A stretch of DNA of 64,000 nucleotides from an uncultured Acidobacteriota bacterium (lineage in GTDB: Bacteria > Acidobacteriota > Thermoanaerobaculia > UBA5066 > DATFVB01). Below the pieces are notes generated by a model. It ran no database searches. It was not told the DNA's origin and was given only the letters and a program-made list of their open reading frames with translations. Position numbers and translations under genes: made by a program. How positions within the stretch are numbered: the stretch's first letter is position 1; every line of letters begins with the position of its first letter. The stretch spans positions 832,001 to 896,000 of the forward strand of contig CAWEYG010000001.1 in assembly GCA_963813155.1 (NCBI GenBank), read 5' to 3'. This document shows, piece by piece, positions 31,843 to 41,014 of this stretch.

Positions 31843-32832
31843 CTACCGGCCCGACGTCCACGTCCCGCGGTGGAGCGGAGACGCCGACGGGTCCTTCGAA
31901 TTGTTGTCGTTGATCGAAGCGAGCCCGGAGATCCCGGAATCGCCGCTCGTGATCTCGGCGAAAACAACGAGCGTGTCTTCCTGCGCCGGGTTGGCGCCCA
32001 GAAGGGAGAAGAGGTTGACGACCGTTGCCGTCTCCCCGACGCCGAGAGCCGCCGGCAGAGTGTACGTGCCCGTGACGGCACCCGCGGAGTCGTAGCCGGT
32101 CAGTTTGAGCGTCACCGGGTTCGCGACGAACGCGTGCGTCGAGGGATTCACGTAGCCCTCGTTGGTGATGAAAAAGTTCGTGTAGAGCTGCGGCGTACCC
32201 GCCTCGCCGCGCGTGTCTCGTGCGATGCCGACGAGGCCCTTCGGTTCGGTCGTCGTGAGCTCGTGGCCCGACGCCGACACGCCGATCGTGCCGTTGCATC
32301 CGTTGCTGTAGAAGCGCGCCTGGGCGCTGCCCTGCCCGATCTGGTCGAAGAGGCCCGCGTGCGGCGAGTTGAAGATCACGAGCATTCCGCCGATGACGCC
32401 GGCGCTCTCTTCCGAGCTCGTCAGGTCGCCCGGGATCGCGGGCCCGGCGGCCCGCAGGTCGTCGACGAAGTCGTCGGAGTGGAAGACGGCCCGCGGTCCG
32501 AGCGTGCCGGTCCCCTGCGCGACGATTCCGGATGCGGTGAGGCTGCCGACGAGCTCGACCGGAACGCCGCCGACGAGGACGTCGTAGTAGAAGTCCACCT
32601 GCGTGGCCGCGTTCGTGTCGTTGGCGACGTCCACGGCCGTTCGGAAAAGCGTGTTGCCGCTGCCGGTCACGCGGCCGACGACGTCGACTTCGACCCCGAT
32701 GCCGACGGCCGGCGCCGGCCCCGACGAGAAGGCCGCGCGGATGCGCGAAGAATCGGGGCCGCGCCGGACCACCGCCGCGGAGGCGGCGGAGGCGACGAGC
32801 AGGAGGGCAAGCTGGGCGAGCGGATTCTTCAT
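31843..32832 (-). CDS. Secreted beta-rich hypothetical protein (gene B)
   Basis: Signal peptide; VVGRVTGSGNTLFRTAVDVAN and YTNFFITN; paralogous to the C-terminal part of 37161-38264. Confidence 0.8.
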   Translation of the reverse strand: MKNPLAQLALLLVASAASAAVVRRGPDSSRIRAAFSSGPAPAVGIGVEVDVVGRVTGSGNTLFRTAVDVANDTNAATQVDFYYDVLVGGVPVELVGSLTASGIVAQGTGTLGPRAVFHSDDFVDDLRAAGPAIPGDLTSSEESAGVIGGMLVIFNSPHAGLFDQIGQGSAQARFYSNGCNGTIGVSASGHELTTTEPKGLVGIARDTRGEAGTPQLYTNFFITNEGYVNPSTHAFVANPVTLKLTGYDSAGAVTGTYTLPAALGVGETATVVNLFSLLGANPAQEDTLVVFAEITSGDSGISGLASINDNNSKDPSASPLHRGTWTSGR

Positions 32833-34342
32833 TTCTTCTCCTCCTCGGAATGCGGCTTTCGGGAGACCGGAGGCGCGACGGGCGCGGCCGGGGGGAGCAC
32901 CTTGCCCACCTCCAGACCTAGCGCGCTCGCGGCCACGAAATGGTTTCGGGGAGTAGGGTCCGGTGTTTCGGAATACACGTCGCCGTAAGCGAAGATGCCC
33001 TCGATGCCCTTCGCCATCGTCACGTCGAATTCCAGGAGGTCCGCGCGTCCGGCAGGCATCGCTTCCACTCGATTGCAGATGGAAGCCTCACCCCCGGATT
33101 GCAGGCAGCTCCAGCCGGAAGCACGGGAGTTGACCTGCGACGCGCCATAGATCACCAGCGGCATTCGGACGTCCTCGGCAGGGTCCGGGCCGAAGTTCGC
33201 TACCGAAAGCGCGAGCAGGATTTCCGCAGGGTTGTCCGCCTCCGGCCGCATCTCGAGAACGGCGACCTCGACTTCCGCGCATTTCGGGTCCGGGGAAGCG
33301 ACGAACATTCTCTGCAGGTTGGATCCGGACGAGAGGTTCTGCTCGACGACGAACTTTGCGTTCGGGCACGCATCGGCGAGAACGGCGGAGCGCCGCACGG
33401 AAAAGGCATCCGGACCGGGCGGCAGCGGCTCGGCCGCGACGGCGAGAATGCCGATCGGCTCGCTGATGCCGGGCGACGCGTTGATCGTCGCATGACCGTC
33501 GTCGGTCGCCGTCGAAACGACGAGTTGCGACACGACGCCCGCTCCCGCAAACGAATCCGCGAACCACACGTTGCCGTCGCCGCCCGCCGTGATGCCGCTC
33601 GCGTCCGCGTTCGCGTACGGAATCGGATATTCCGCGACCGTCTTGTCGGTCAGCCGCAGGCGACCGACGTTCGTCGCGTGCGTGAACCAGATGTTGCCGT
33701 CCGGGCCGGTCGTGATCCCGGGAAACCACGTGAACGACTCGGGGGGATTCGCGGCCGGGACCGCAAACGACTGGACGGCTCCATCCGGTCCGACGCGCAC
33801 GATCCGGTGGTGCGCGCGCAGATCGGTGAAGTACGCCGCTCCGTCCCACCCGACCGTCAGGTTCTCGACGACGGCGCCCGCGGGCAGCGTGAACTGCTGG
33901 TAGAAGCCGCCGTCGGCGGAAAGATGGCCGAGAATCGTCGGCTTCTGCAGGAAGTTGAAATAGACGCCGCTGTCGGCGCCGCCCGCGATGAAGTACGGGT
34001 TCGACGGCACGGCGTAGCGGAAAAACGCGCCGTTGGCCGATCGTCGCCCAACCACGGGGTTGCCGTAGTCCGCGTACCAGACCGAGCCGTCCGGCGTCGT
34101 CGCGAGGTTGAAGAGCAGCGCGTGCTCATCGGCGGGAACGGGAACGGGCGTGTAGGCGCCCGAATCGAAGTCGATCTTCCCGAGCGCGTTCGCGGCGGGA
34201 TCCACCATCCAGACCGCGCCAAACGCGTCGACCGCCTGCTGGCTCGACGTCGGCGTCGTCAGGTCCGTGCTCTGTGAAAATTCGAGATCTGGGCCGACGC
34301 GCTGCCCGCGGCGAGAAAAACGGCAAGAGCGACCCGTCTCAT
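32829..34342 (-). CDS. Secreted Vgb-like (virginiamycin B lyase-type) propeller + DUF11-like domain (gene A); frameshift ~34278
   Basis: Signal MRRVALAVFLAAGSASAQ; repeats GITTGPDGNIWFT and GITAGGDGNVWF; C-terminal VANFGPDPA..DPTPRNH. Confidence 0.8.
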
Positions 34343-34469
34343 GATGGACTTTCAGCCTTGAGTTGCGCCGAGTTTAGCATGCCCGGTACCTTTCGGGACA
34401 AGGCTCCGGTCGTCCCCGTGACTGACTGGCAGCTCTCTTGCATTTCCGGCCAGGGGGCAGCGTGGATAC

Positions 34470-36278
34470 GTGAAAACCATCTTGATCGCGGACGATCAGC
34501 CCGAGATCCTGGAGATCCTCGAGGTTTCGCTCTCGGATTTCGGGGACGATATCCGTCTGCGGACGGCGCGCAACGGGCGGGAGGCGATCGACCGGCTCGC
34601 GGAGGAGCCGATCGATCTCGTCGTCACTGACCTGGCGATGCCTGTCGTGGACGGGTTCCAGGTACTGGCCCACATGATGCGCAACTATCCGTCGATTCCC
34701 GTCTTCGTGATGACGGCCTACGGCACGCCGATGACGCGCCGCCGGCTGAACGAGCTCGGACCGCAAATCTTCGTCGAAAAACCGTTCGATCCGGCCCAGC
34801 TCGTCGACCGAATTCGGAACGTGCTGCGTGAGACGGCCAGAGGCCAGGTCGAAGGCATCACGCTGGCTTCTTTTCTTCAGCTCCTCCACCTCGAAGCCAA
34901 GACCTGCCTGCTGCGCGTCGGCTCGAACGGGCGGAGCGGCCTGTTGACACTCGCTTCGGGCGAGCTCGTCGATGCGCAGTACGGAGACCGAAGGGGCAGA
35001 GCCGCCGTTTTCGAGATCCTGGGGTGGGAAAGCGTGGAAATCCGGATGGACCCGAATGTTCGAGCCAGCGAGAAGACGATCGAGAAATCTCTCGAACACA
35101 TTCTCCTGGGAGCCGCAGCGCATCGAGACGAGACCTGCCGGAAGGAAGGATCTGTCCCAGTCGACGAGGAGACTTCGCCGCCCCCGGAACCCGTGGAGCT
35201 CGTCCTCTCACACCTCGTCATGGATCTCGCTGGTGGAACGGCCGGCATCGAGAGCTTCCTTCAGGCCGTCGGGAAGACGCTGAAGTGGGATTCTGCTGTG
35301 CTCTGGACGAAAGTGAGCGGCCGGGACCTGTTGCGCCGCGAGAGCCTCTGGAGCCCCGACCCGGTTGTGAGGGAAGCTCTCGAGCTCCGCAGCGAGATCG
35401 ACCTGACGAACCCAACGGAAGCGCCGGCCCAGGCGTGGGTAAGAGGGCGGGCGTCCGGTGCGGCCGATCCCGAGGATGCGGCCGCCCGATGCGGTTTTCA
35501 CTCGGCAGCGGCCTTTCCCGTTCTGGCGGACGAGCAAGACATCGGCGTGATCGAGCTCCTGGGGATGTCCAGGCGCGAGCTCGACAGTCCGACGCTCGAC
35601 TGGCTCACCGCGCTGGGTTCCCGGCTGCCGGCATTTCTCGGCCGCGCTCGATCGGACCAGCGGCGAGCGGATCTGATCGAGCGGGAGCAAGAAGCGCTCA
35701 ACCGGATTCACGCGCACGAGGCTCGACTGTCTTTTCTCGCGGAGACGAGCGCGGTGCTGGCCTGCGCGCTGGAGGAATCCGTTCTGTGGCAGACCTTCGC
35801 TCGCCTCCTCGTTCCGCGCATCGCGGATTGGTGTGTTTTCGAGGTGATCGAGCCCACCGAGGAGCATCTCCTCACGGTCTTTCACCGGGACCCCGCCATG
35901 CTCGAATGGACCGAGGAGCTCCGCCTTCGCGGATCGCGGGCGTCCGAGCCCTGGTCGCCGGTTGCGCGAGTCCTTCGAACAGGAGTTGCGGAGATCTACG
36001 TCGGATCGGCGCTCGATCGAGATGCGGGGATTTGTTCACGCCTCGGCTTCCAGTGCGCCATGATCGTGCCGATCGCCGCACGTGCCCGAGTCTTTGGAAT
36101 CGTGACTCTGGTTTCCGCCCCTCCGGCCGTGCCGTTTGGCCCGGAAGAACTGGCAATGGCCCAGGACCTGGGACACCGAATGGCGCTGGCGGTAGGCAAC
36201 GCCCGGCGGGCCCGATCGCGGGCGGCCGCGCCGGGGATCGAGACCCCGATCGAGTCCTACCCGAGCCTCACGGGGTAA
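34470..36278 (+). CDS. Response regulator: REC + DUF4388/PATAN-like + two GAF domains
   Basis: ILIADD, VVTDLAMP..DG, KPF; LASFLQLLHLEAKTCLL; GAF ending DLGHRMALAVGNAR. Confidence 0.85.
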   Translation: MKTILIADDQPEILEILEVSLSDFGDDIRLRTARNGREAIDRLAEEPIDLVVTDLAMPVVDGFQVLAHMMRNYPSIPVFVMTAYGTPMTRRRLNELGPQIFVEKPFDPAQLVDRIRNVLRETARGQVEGITLASFLQLLHLEAKTCLLRVGSNGRSGLLTLASGELVDAQYGDRRGRAAVFEILGWESVEIRMDPNVRASEKTIEKSLEHILLGAAAHRDETCRKEGSVPVDEETSPPPEPVELVLSHLVMDLAGGTAGIESFLQAVGKTLKWDSAVLWTKVSGRDLLRRESLWSPDPVVREALELRSEIDLTNPTEAPAQAWVRGRASGAADPEDAAARCGFHSAAAFPVLADEQDIGVIELLGMSRRELDSPTLDWLTALGSRLPAFLGRARSDQRRADLIEREQEALNRIHAHEARLSFLAETSAVLACALEESVLWQTFARLLVPRIADWCVFEVIEPTEEHLLTVFHRDPAMLEWTEELRLRGSRASEPWSPVARVLRTGVAEIYVGSALDRDAGICSRLGFQCAMIVPIAARARVFGIVTLVSAPPAVPFGPEELAMAQDLGHRMALAVGNARRARSRAAAPGIETPIESYPSLTG

Positions 36279-37026
36279 TCGGCTTCGAACGGCTCCCCCC
36301 GGCGCCTTCCAGCGAGCCGGCGATGGCCCAGGCGGCGCCGGCGCACGTCGCCGTGATGAAGAACTCCAACCAGGGCTCGCGGATCGCCGGGCTGGCAACG
36401 ACGCCCGGGACGGAGACCAGAAGCAGGAAGATGGTGATCATCGCCGCCTCGGCCGTCGCCGCCAGGCGAGGCAGGATTCCGAAAAGAATTCCGAGCCCGG
36501 CAGCGATGTGACCGGCGCCCGCCAGATAGGCAAAGCCCGTTCGGTAGGGAAGCCACGCCGGCACGGCCGCGACCGCGGCCTTGACATAAACGAAGTGCGA
36601 GAGCCCGACCATGGGAAGCGCGATCGCGTAAAGAGCGCGCGCCAGACGCATGCCCCCGGCTTCGGCGTCCGATTTCGCCAACAGGATCCAGCCGCCGGTC
36701 ACGACCATCAGGTTCTGGCCGAAGTTCAGCCACAGGACCTCGACCGCGGGGTGCGCCGCGACGCGGGGAACGCCGAGCAGCAGGAGCTGCAGCGAGACGT
36801 TGACCGTGACGACGAGCGTCGCGACTCTGGCCGTGCGCGGCACCAGCATTCCCAGGCCGCCCGCGAGCAGCGTGAGGCCCGAGGCGTACGCGACGGCCTT
36901 TCCGCACGGGGCCCATGCCGGATAGAGTTTCCAGAGCAGCTCGAAATCCCCGGAGACGAGGCACAGCACCCCGAACCCCGCGAAGCTGACAGCGAAGATC
37001 ACCTGTCCCAGGCGCGTCACGCGCAT
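36268..37026 (-). CDS. DoxX-like membrane protein (internal duplication)
   Basis: Two repeats of PAW.P..AY..G..L.AGLG; hydrophobic helices. Confidence 0.75.
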   Translation of the reverse strand: MRVTRLGQVIFAVSFAGFGVLCLVSGDFELLWKLYPAWAPCGKAVAYASGLTLLAGGLGMLVPRTARVATLVVTVNVSLQLLLLGVPRVAAHPAVEVLWLNFGQNLMVVTGGWILLAKSDAEAGGMRLARALYAIALPMVGLSHFVYVKAAVAAVPAWLPYRTGFAYLAGAGHIAAGLGILFGILPRLAATAEAAMITIFLLLVSVPGVVASPAIREPWLEFFITATCAGAAWAIAGSLEGAGGSRSKPITP

Positions 37027-37082
37027 CGATGGACCTCCTGCTTTTTCCAGGGCGACTCTGCAACCGCGCGAGGTCGGTAGCT

Positions 37083-37123
37083 ATATCCACTTCTCTTCGA
37101 AGCGACATAGCCACTCTCTCTTC
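37083..37123. promoter_or_regulatory. Direct-repeat operator candidate upstream of the DoxX gene
   Basis: ATATCCACTTCTCTTC and ATAGCCACTCTCTCTTC, 24 bp apart. Confidence 0.4.
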
Positions 37124-37160
37124 CGGCAAGGAGCGCGGGTTGCGGTTTTCGGGGCGGGCG

Positions 37161-38264
37161 CTAGAAGTCCGCTCGCCTCAGCTCGGTCGAGCTGCTGTCG
37201 TGGGTTCCGTTGTCGATTTCAACGGAGAGCGCCTCGATCGTGGCTACCCCGGACGTGACGCTGACATAGACGAGGATCGTGTCCTCCGCAGCAGGCACGC
37301 CGAGCGCAGTGAGCACGTTGCCGAGGACGGCGGTCTGGCCGGGAGCGATGTTGGAAATCGTCACCGGGGTTCCGGCCGGCGCGCCGGTCGAGTTCGAGTA
37401 CGCCGAGACCTGGACGTTGACGGCTGTGACCGTCCCGGTGCCCGTGGGCGTCAGTCCCACATTGTTGATGAAAAGATTCGAATAGACCTGCGGACCCGGT
37501 TTTCCGAGCGTGGTGCGGAACGTTCCCACGAGCTTCGTCGGTTCGGAGGTCGTGATCTCGTGCCCCGTCGCCGAGACGCCGATCGTTCCCGAGACGTCTC
37601 CGGCGGAAAGCGTCCGGTAGAAATTGGCCGAGGCGCTGCCCTGGCCGACCTTCGTGAACCCGTTGAAGACGAGCAGAACCGAGCCGAGAAATCCGTCGGC
37701 CTCGGTGCCCGAGGTCAGCATTCCGGCCTTCACGAGCGAGTCGACGAAGTCGTCGCTGTGATAGTTCGAGTGGCCACGCGCATTCCCGCCGGTCCCCTTC
37801 AAAACGAGCGCTCCCGCCGACGAGATGCTTCCCGATACGGAGATCGGCGCCTGTGTCGCGCTGTCGTTTCCGTCGAGGTAGAAGTCGATCTCCGTCGCGG
37901 TCCCGGTGTTGTTGGAAACGTCCAGGGCCGTCTTGAAGAGGATTCCGCCGGAGCCGGCCAGGCGCCCGATGATGGGATTGTTGTAGTCGGTGTACCAGAC
38001 GGCGCCGTCCTGCGTGATCGCGATGCTGTACGGCTTCGCGTTCGTCTCCGAAGCCGGGACGGGATAGGCCGTGTAGTTTTGCGACGGAAGCTCGATTTTT
38101 CCGATCGCGCCGTTCGTCGGGTCGGTGATCCAGATGTTGCCGGAGGGATCGACGGCCTGCGAGCTCGCGTTGCCCGCGAAATTGATCGGTGTCGAAGTGA
38201 AACCGGGGATCTGCGCCGAAGCCGAGCCGGCGACGAAACACGCGATCAGCGCCATCCGCTTCAT
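37161..38264 (-). CDS. Secreted chimeric protein (gene C): Vgb-like N-terminus fused to a gene-B-like domain
   Basis: About the first 100 aa align with gene A; the remainder aligns with gene B. Confidence 0.8.
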   Translation of the reverse strand: MKRMALIACFVAGSASAQIPGFTSTPINFAGNASSQAVDPSGNIWITDPTNGAIGKIELPSQNYTAYPVPASETNAKPYSIAITQDGAVWYTDYNNPIIGRLAGSGGILFKTALDVSNNTGTATEIDFYLDGNDSATQAPISVSGSISSAGALVLKGTGGNARGHSNYHSDDFVDSLVKAGMLTSGTEADGFLGSVLLVFNGFTKVGQGSASANFYRTLSAGDVSGTIGVSATGHEITTSEPTKLVGTFRTTLGKPGPQVYSNLFINNVGLTPTGTGTVTAVNVQVSAYSNSTGAPAGTPVTISNIAPGQTAVLGNVLTALGVPAAEDTILVYVSVTSGVATIEALSVEIDNGTHDSSSTELRRADF

Positions 38265-38320
38265 GGGCCCTCCTCAGACTCGGGAAATTGTCCGAAGTTT
38301 AGCACGCCCGTTCGACAGGC

Positions 38321-40900
38321 TCACTTCAGTCCGCAGATCAAGTACAGGTCCGAGAGCTCGCGCGTGAAGTTGTAGGCGTACGATTTTCCATCCGCCGACA
38401 TCGCGATCGTCCAAATTCGGGTGACGCCGGCGGGGTCGGCTGGCATCAGCTCCAGCCAGGGCGTGCGTTTTCCGGTGACGATGTCGAGGCGAAACACCCG
38501 CGCCGGAACCTCGTTCCGCTTGAAGACGAACAGGGAATGTCCGTCGTCGGCCCAGCGGATGATGACGTCGTCCTCTTCGAACCCGGGAACCGCCCGCGGT
38601 TCTCCACCCTCGGTTGGAAAGACCTGCGTCGTGCTGCCCTTCGGGCTGCGATGGTTCAGCGCGACCAGCCTGCCGTCCGGCGAAATCGGTATTTCGCCGA
38701 TGTAAGCGTCGAACCCGTCCGGCGAGATTTGCCGGTAGCTCTTCCCTTCGAGGTCGATCGAAAAAACGCGGGTTTGACCGTTCGAAAGGATTCCGCTCTC
38801 GAGAATTCGGCGGCCGTCGGGAAACAGCCATCCCCCCCCGATGTCGATGGGAGCCGGAATCCGCTTGGTCTCTCCCGCGCCGGTCGGAACGAGAAGGAAT
38901 GTGTTCTTGGATCCCAGCGCCTGCGCGAGGACCCATTTTCCGTCTGACGAGAAATCGCTCGCGACTCCCGCTCCGAGGCGGATCGCGGGCGAGCCGTCGG
39001 TCGCCCGGAAGTAGAAGACGTCGCCCGGCCCGATGCCGAGATTGCCTTCCGAGAGGAGAAGCGCGCGGCCGTCGGCCGAGATATCGGCGACGCGGCTGCT
39101 GTCGTGCCAGGCGAGATCGCTTTCGCGCGAGGCCGCCCCCCGATACATCACGCTCGACTGGCGGCGGACGAGGCTGACGAGGAGATCGCCGTTCCGGGAG
39201 ATGTCCTGGAGCGTCATCGCTCCGGCCGCGCGGTAAACGAGCCGCCGCCCGCCGGTGGGAGTGACGGCCCAGAGATTCGTCGCGCCTCCGGGCTCGCCCG
39301 ACGTGAACCAGACTTCCTTGCCGCCGGCGCCCCAGGCCAGACCCGAGGCATCGTCTTCACCCAGGACTTTTTTCGCGCCCGCACGGTCCGCGAGGAAGAC
39401 GGAGGAGCCGGACCACGGAGGCAGGCCCGCGGCGACGGCCATCCGCCTGCCGTCCGGAGAGATCCGCAGGAAGCGCACGCTGACGTGCTCCTCGAGGAGC
39501 GGCTTCCCTTGCGGAAACTCGATCACGAACTTCACTCCCGAATCCAGACGAACGATCGCGAGCGCGCTCCCGTCGGGACTCCAGTCGGCATCCAGGACGT
39601 TCTCGAGGAGCTCGCGGGGCGAGCCGCCGGCGAGCGGAACGCGCGCGAGCGTGCCGTGCATCTGGCCGGTCCAGAGGCGGGGATGGAGCTTCAAGGCGAG
39701 CTCGTCTCCGGAAGAGATCGACAGGAGCATCGCGTCGCCGATTCCGAGCGGCCGCGACTCCTGCCCGGCCAATCCGACGGAATAGATCTCCGAAGGCTTT
39801 CCCTCCCACTGGGCGGAATACACGACCGTCTTGCCGTCGGCCGCGAATCGGGCGGTCGTCGCGGCGCCGCGCCGGAACGTCAGCCGCTGAAAAGACGGCG
39901 AAGCCGCCGGCGGGCGGAGGCCGCGATCGAGGAGGACTCCGGCCGCGAGCACGGCAACCGCGGCCGCAGCGAGCATGGCCGTCCGAACCGCGGGGCGTTG
40001 CCATCGGGACGCCGGGGCCGCCGCGGCCCGACCGCTCGCGGTTCCGACGGCGCTCTCCGAGATCGTTTCCAGGGCGAACGCCACATCGCCGGCGGAGTGG
40101 AATCGCGCTTCCGGCGATTTCTCCAGGCAGTGGCGCACGATCCGGTCGAGCGCCGGCGAGACGTTGCGTCCCGACTCGAGGAGCTCCGGCGGCTCGTCCT
40201 TCAGGATGGAGTTCATCGTCTCGACCTGGGAGTCGCCCTTGAACGCGCGCCGGCCCGACAGCATCTCGTAGAGGATCGCGCCGAAGGAAAAGATGTCGGT
40301 CCGCGCGTCGAGCTCCCGCGCCCGAACCTGCTCCGGAGACATGTAGCCGATCGTCCCCATCACGGTTCCCGGCTCCGTGCCGGCGGGAGTCGTCGGCGCG
40401 CTCGTCTGCGCGGTCTCGCGGCTGACGACCTTCGCGAGACCGAAGTCGAGGATCTTCACGCGGCCGTCGGAAGTGAGGAAGACGTTTTCCGGTTTCAAAT
40501 CCCGGTGGATGATTCCCTTCTCGTGCGCGGCGGCGAGGCCCCGGGCGATCTGAATACCGATCTCGACGGCCTTTCGCTGCGGTAGAGCGCCCCCGTCGAG
40601 GCGGCCGCGCAGGTCTCCTCCCTCGAGCAGCTCCATGACCGCGAAGGAAACGCCGTTCGAATTGCCGAAATCGTGGATCGCGAGGATGTTCGGGTGGTTC
40701 AGCGCCGCGACGGCTTTGGCTTCCCTCTCGAAACGGGCGAGCATGTCGCGATCGGCGGAGAGGGATTCGGGCAGCACTTTGATCGCGACGTCGCGGTCGA
40801 GCTTCGTATCGCGCGCTCGGTACACTTCTCCCATACCGCCGGCACCGATCGGAGACAGGATTTCGTACGGCCCCAGCCGTGTGCCGGATGCCAGGCTCAA
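38321..40900 (-). CDS. STK6: Ser/Thr kinase + TM + propeller (type B)
   Basis: Intact 859 aa ORF; FQRLTFRRG..ARFAADGKTVVYSA; C-terminus SYAY..LYLI.GL. Confidence 0.93.
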   Translation of the reverse strand: MSLASGTRLGPYEILSPIGAGGMGEVYRARDTKLDRDVAIKVLPESLSADRDMLARFEREAKAVAALNHPNILAIHDFGNSNGVSFAVMELLEGGDLRGRLDGGALPQRKAVEIGIQIARGLAAAHEKGIIHRDLKPENVFLTSDGRVKILDFGLAKVVSRETAQTSAPTTPAGTEPGTVMGTIGYMSPEQVRARELDARTDIFSFGAILYEMLSGRRAFKGDSQVETMNSILKDEPPELLESGRNVSPALDRIVRHCLEKSPEARFHSAGDVAFALETISESAVGTASGRAAAAPASRWQRPAVRTAMLAAAAVAVLAAGVLLDRGLRPPAASPSFQRLTFRRGAATTARFAADGKTVVYSAQWEGKPSEIYSVGLAGQESRPLGIGDAMLLSISSGDELALKLHPRLWTGQMHGTLARVPLAGGSPRELLENVLDADWSPDGSALAIVRLDSGVKFVIEFPQGKPLLEEHVSVRFLRISPDGRRMAVAAGLPPWSGSSVFLADRAGAKKVLGEDDASGLAWGAGGKEVWFTSGEPGGATNLWAVTPTGGRRLVYRAAGAMTLQDISRNGDLLVSLVRRQSSVMYRGAASRESDLAWHDSSRVADISADGRALLLSEGNLGIGPGDVFYFRATDGSPAIRLGAGVASDFSSDGKWVLAQALGSKNTFLLVPTGAGETKRIPAPIDIGGGWLFPDGRRILESGILSNGQTRVFSIDLEGKSYRQISPDGFDAYIGEIPISPDGRLVALNHRSPKGSTTQVFPTEGGEPRAVPGFEEDDVIIRWADDGHSLFVFKRNEVPARVFRLDIVTGKRTPWLELMPADPAGVTRIWTIAMSADGKSYAYNFTRELSDLYLICGLK

Positions 40901-41014
40901 GCGGTGCCCCTCAATTCAAAATTCGTCATTCAGAATTCAATTCTTTGTCCAGTGGACGCGATTCTATCGCCGCGCGTTATCTTCCTCGGGAACAATGCGG
41001 CTGCAGCCGCCCGG

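Noticed and set aside
31778-32299. N-terminal extensions of STK5 (to 32299) and STK10 (to 57441)
   Set aside because: They overlap upstream genes in another frame; paralog alignment and RBS position give starts at 31777 and 57051.
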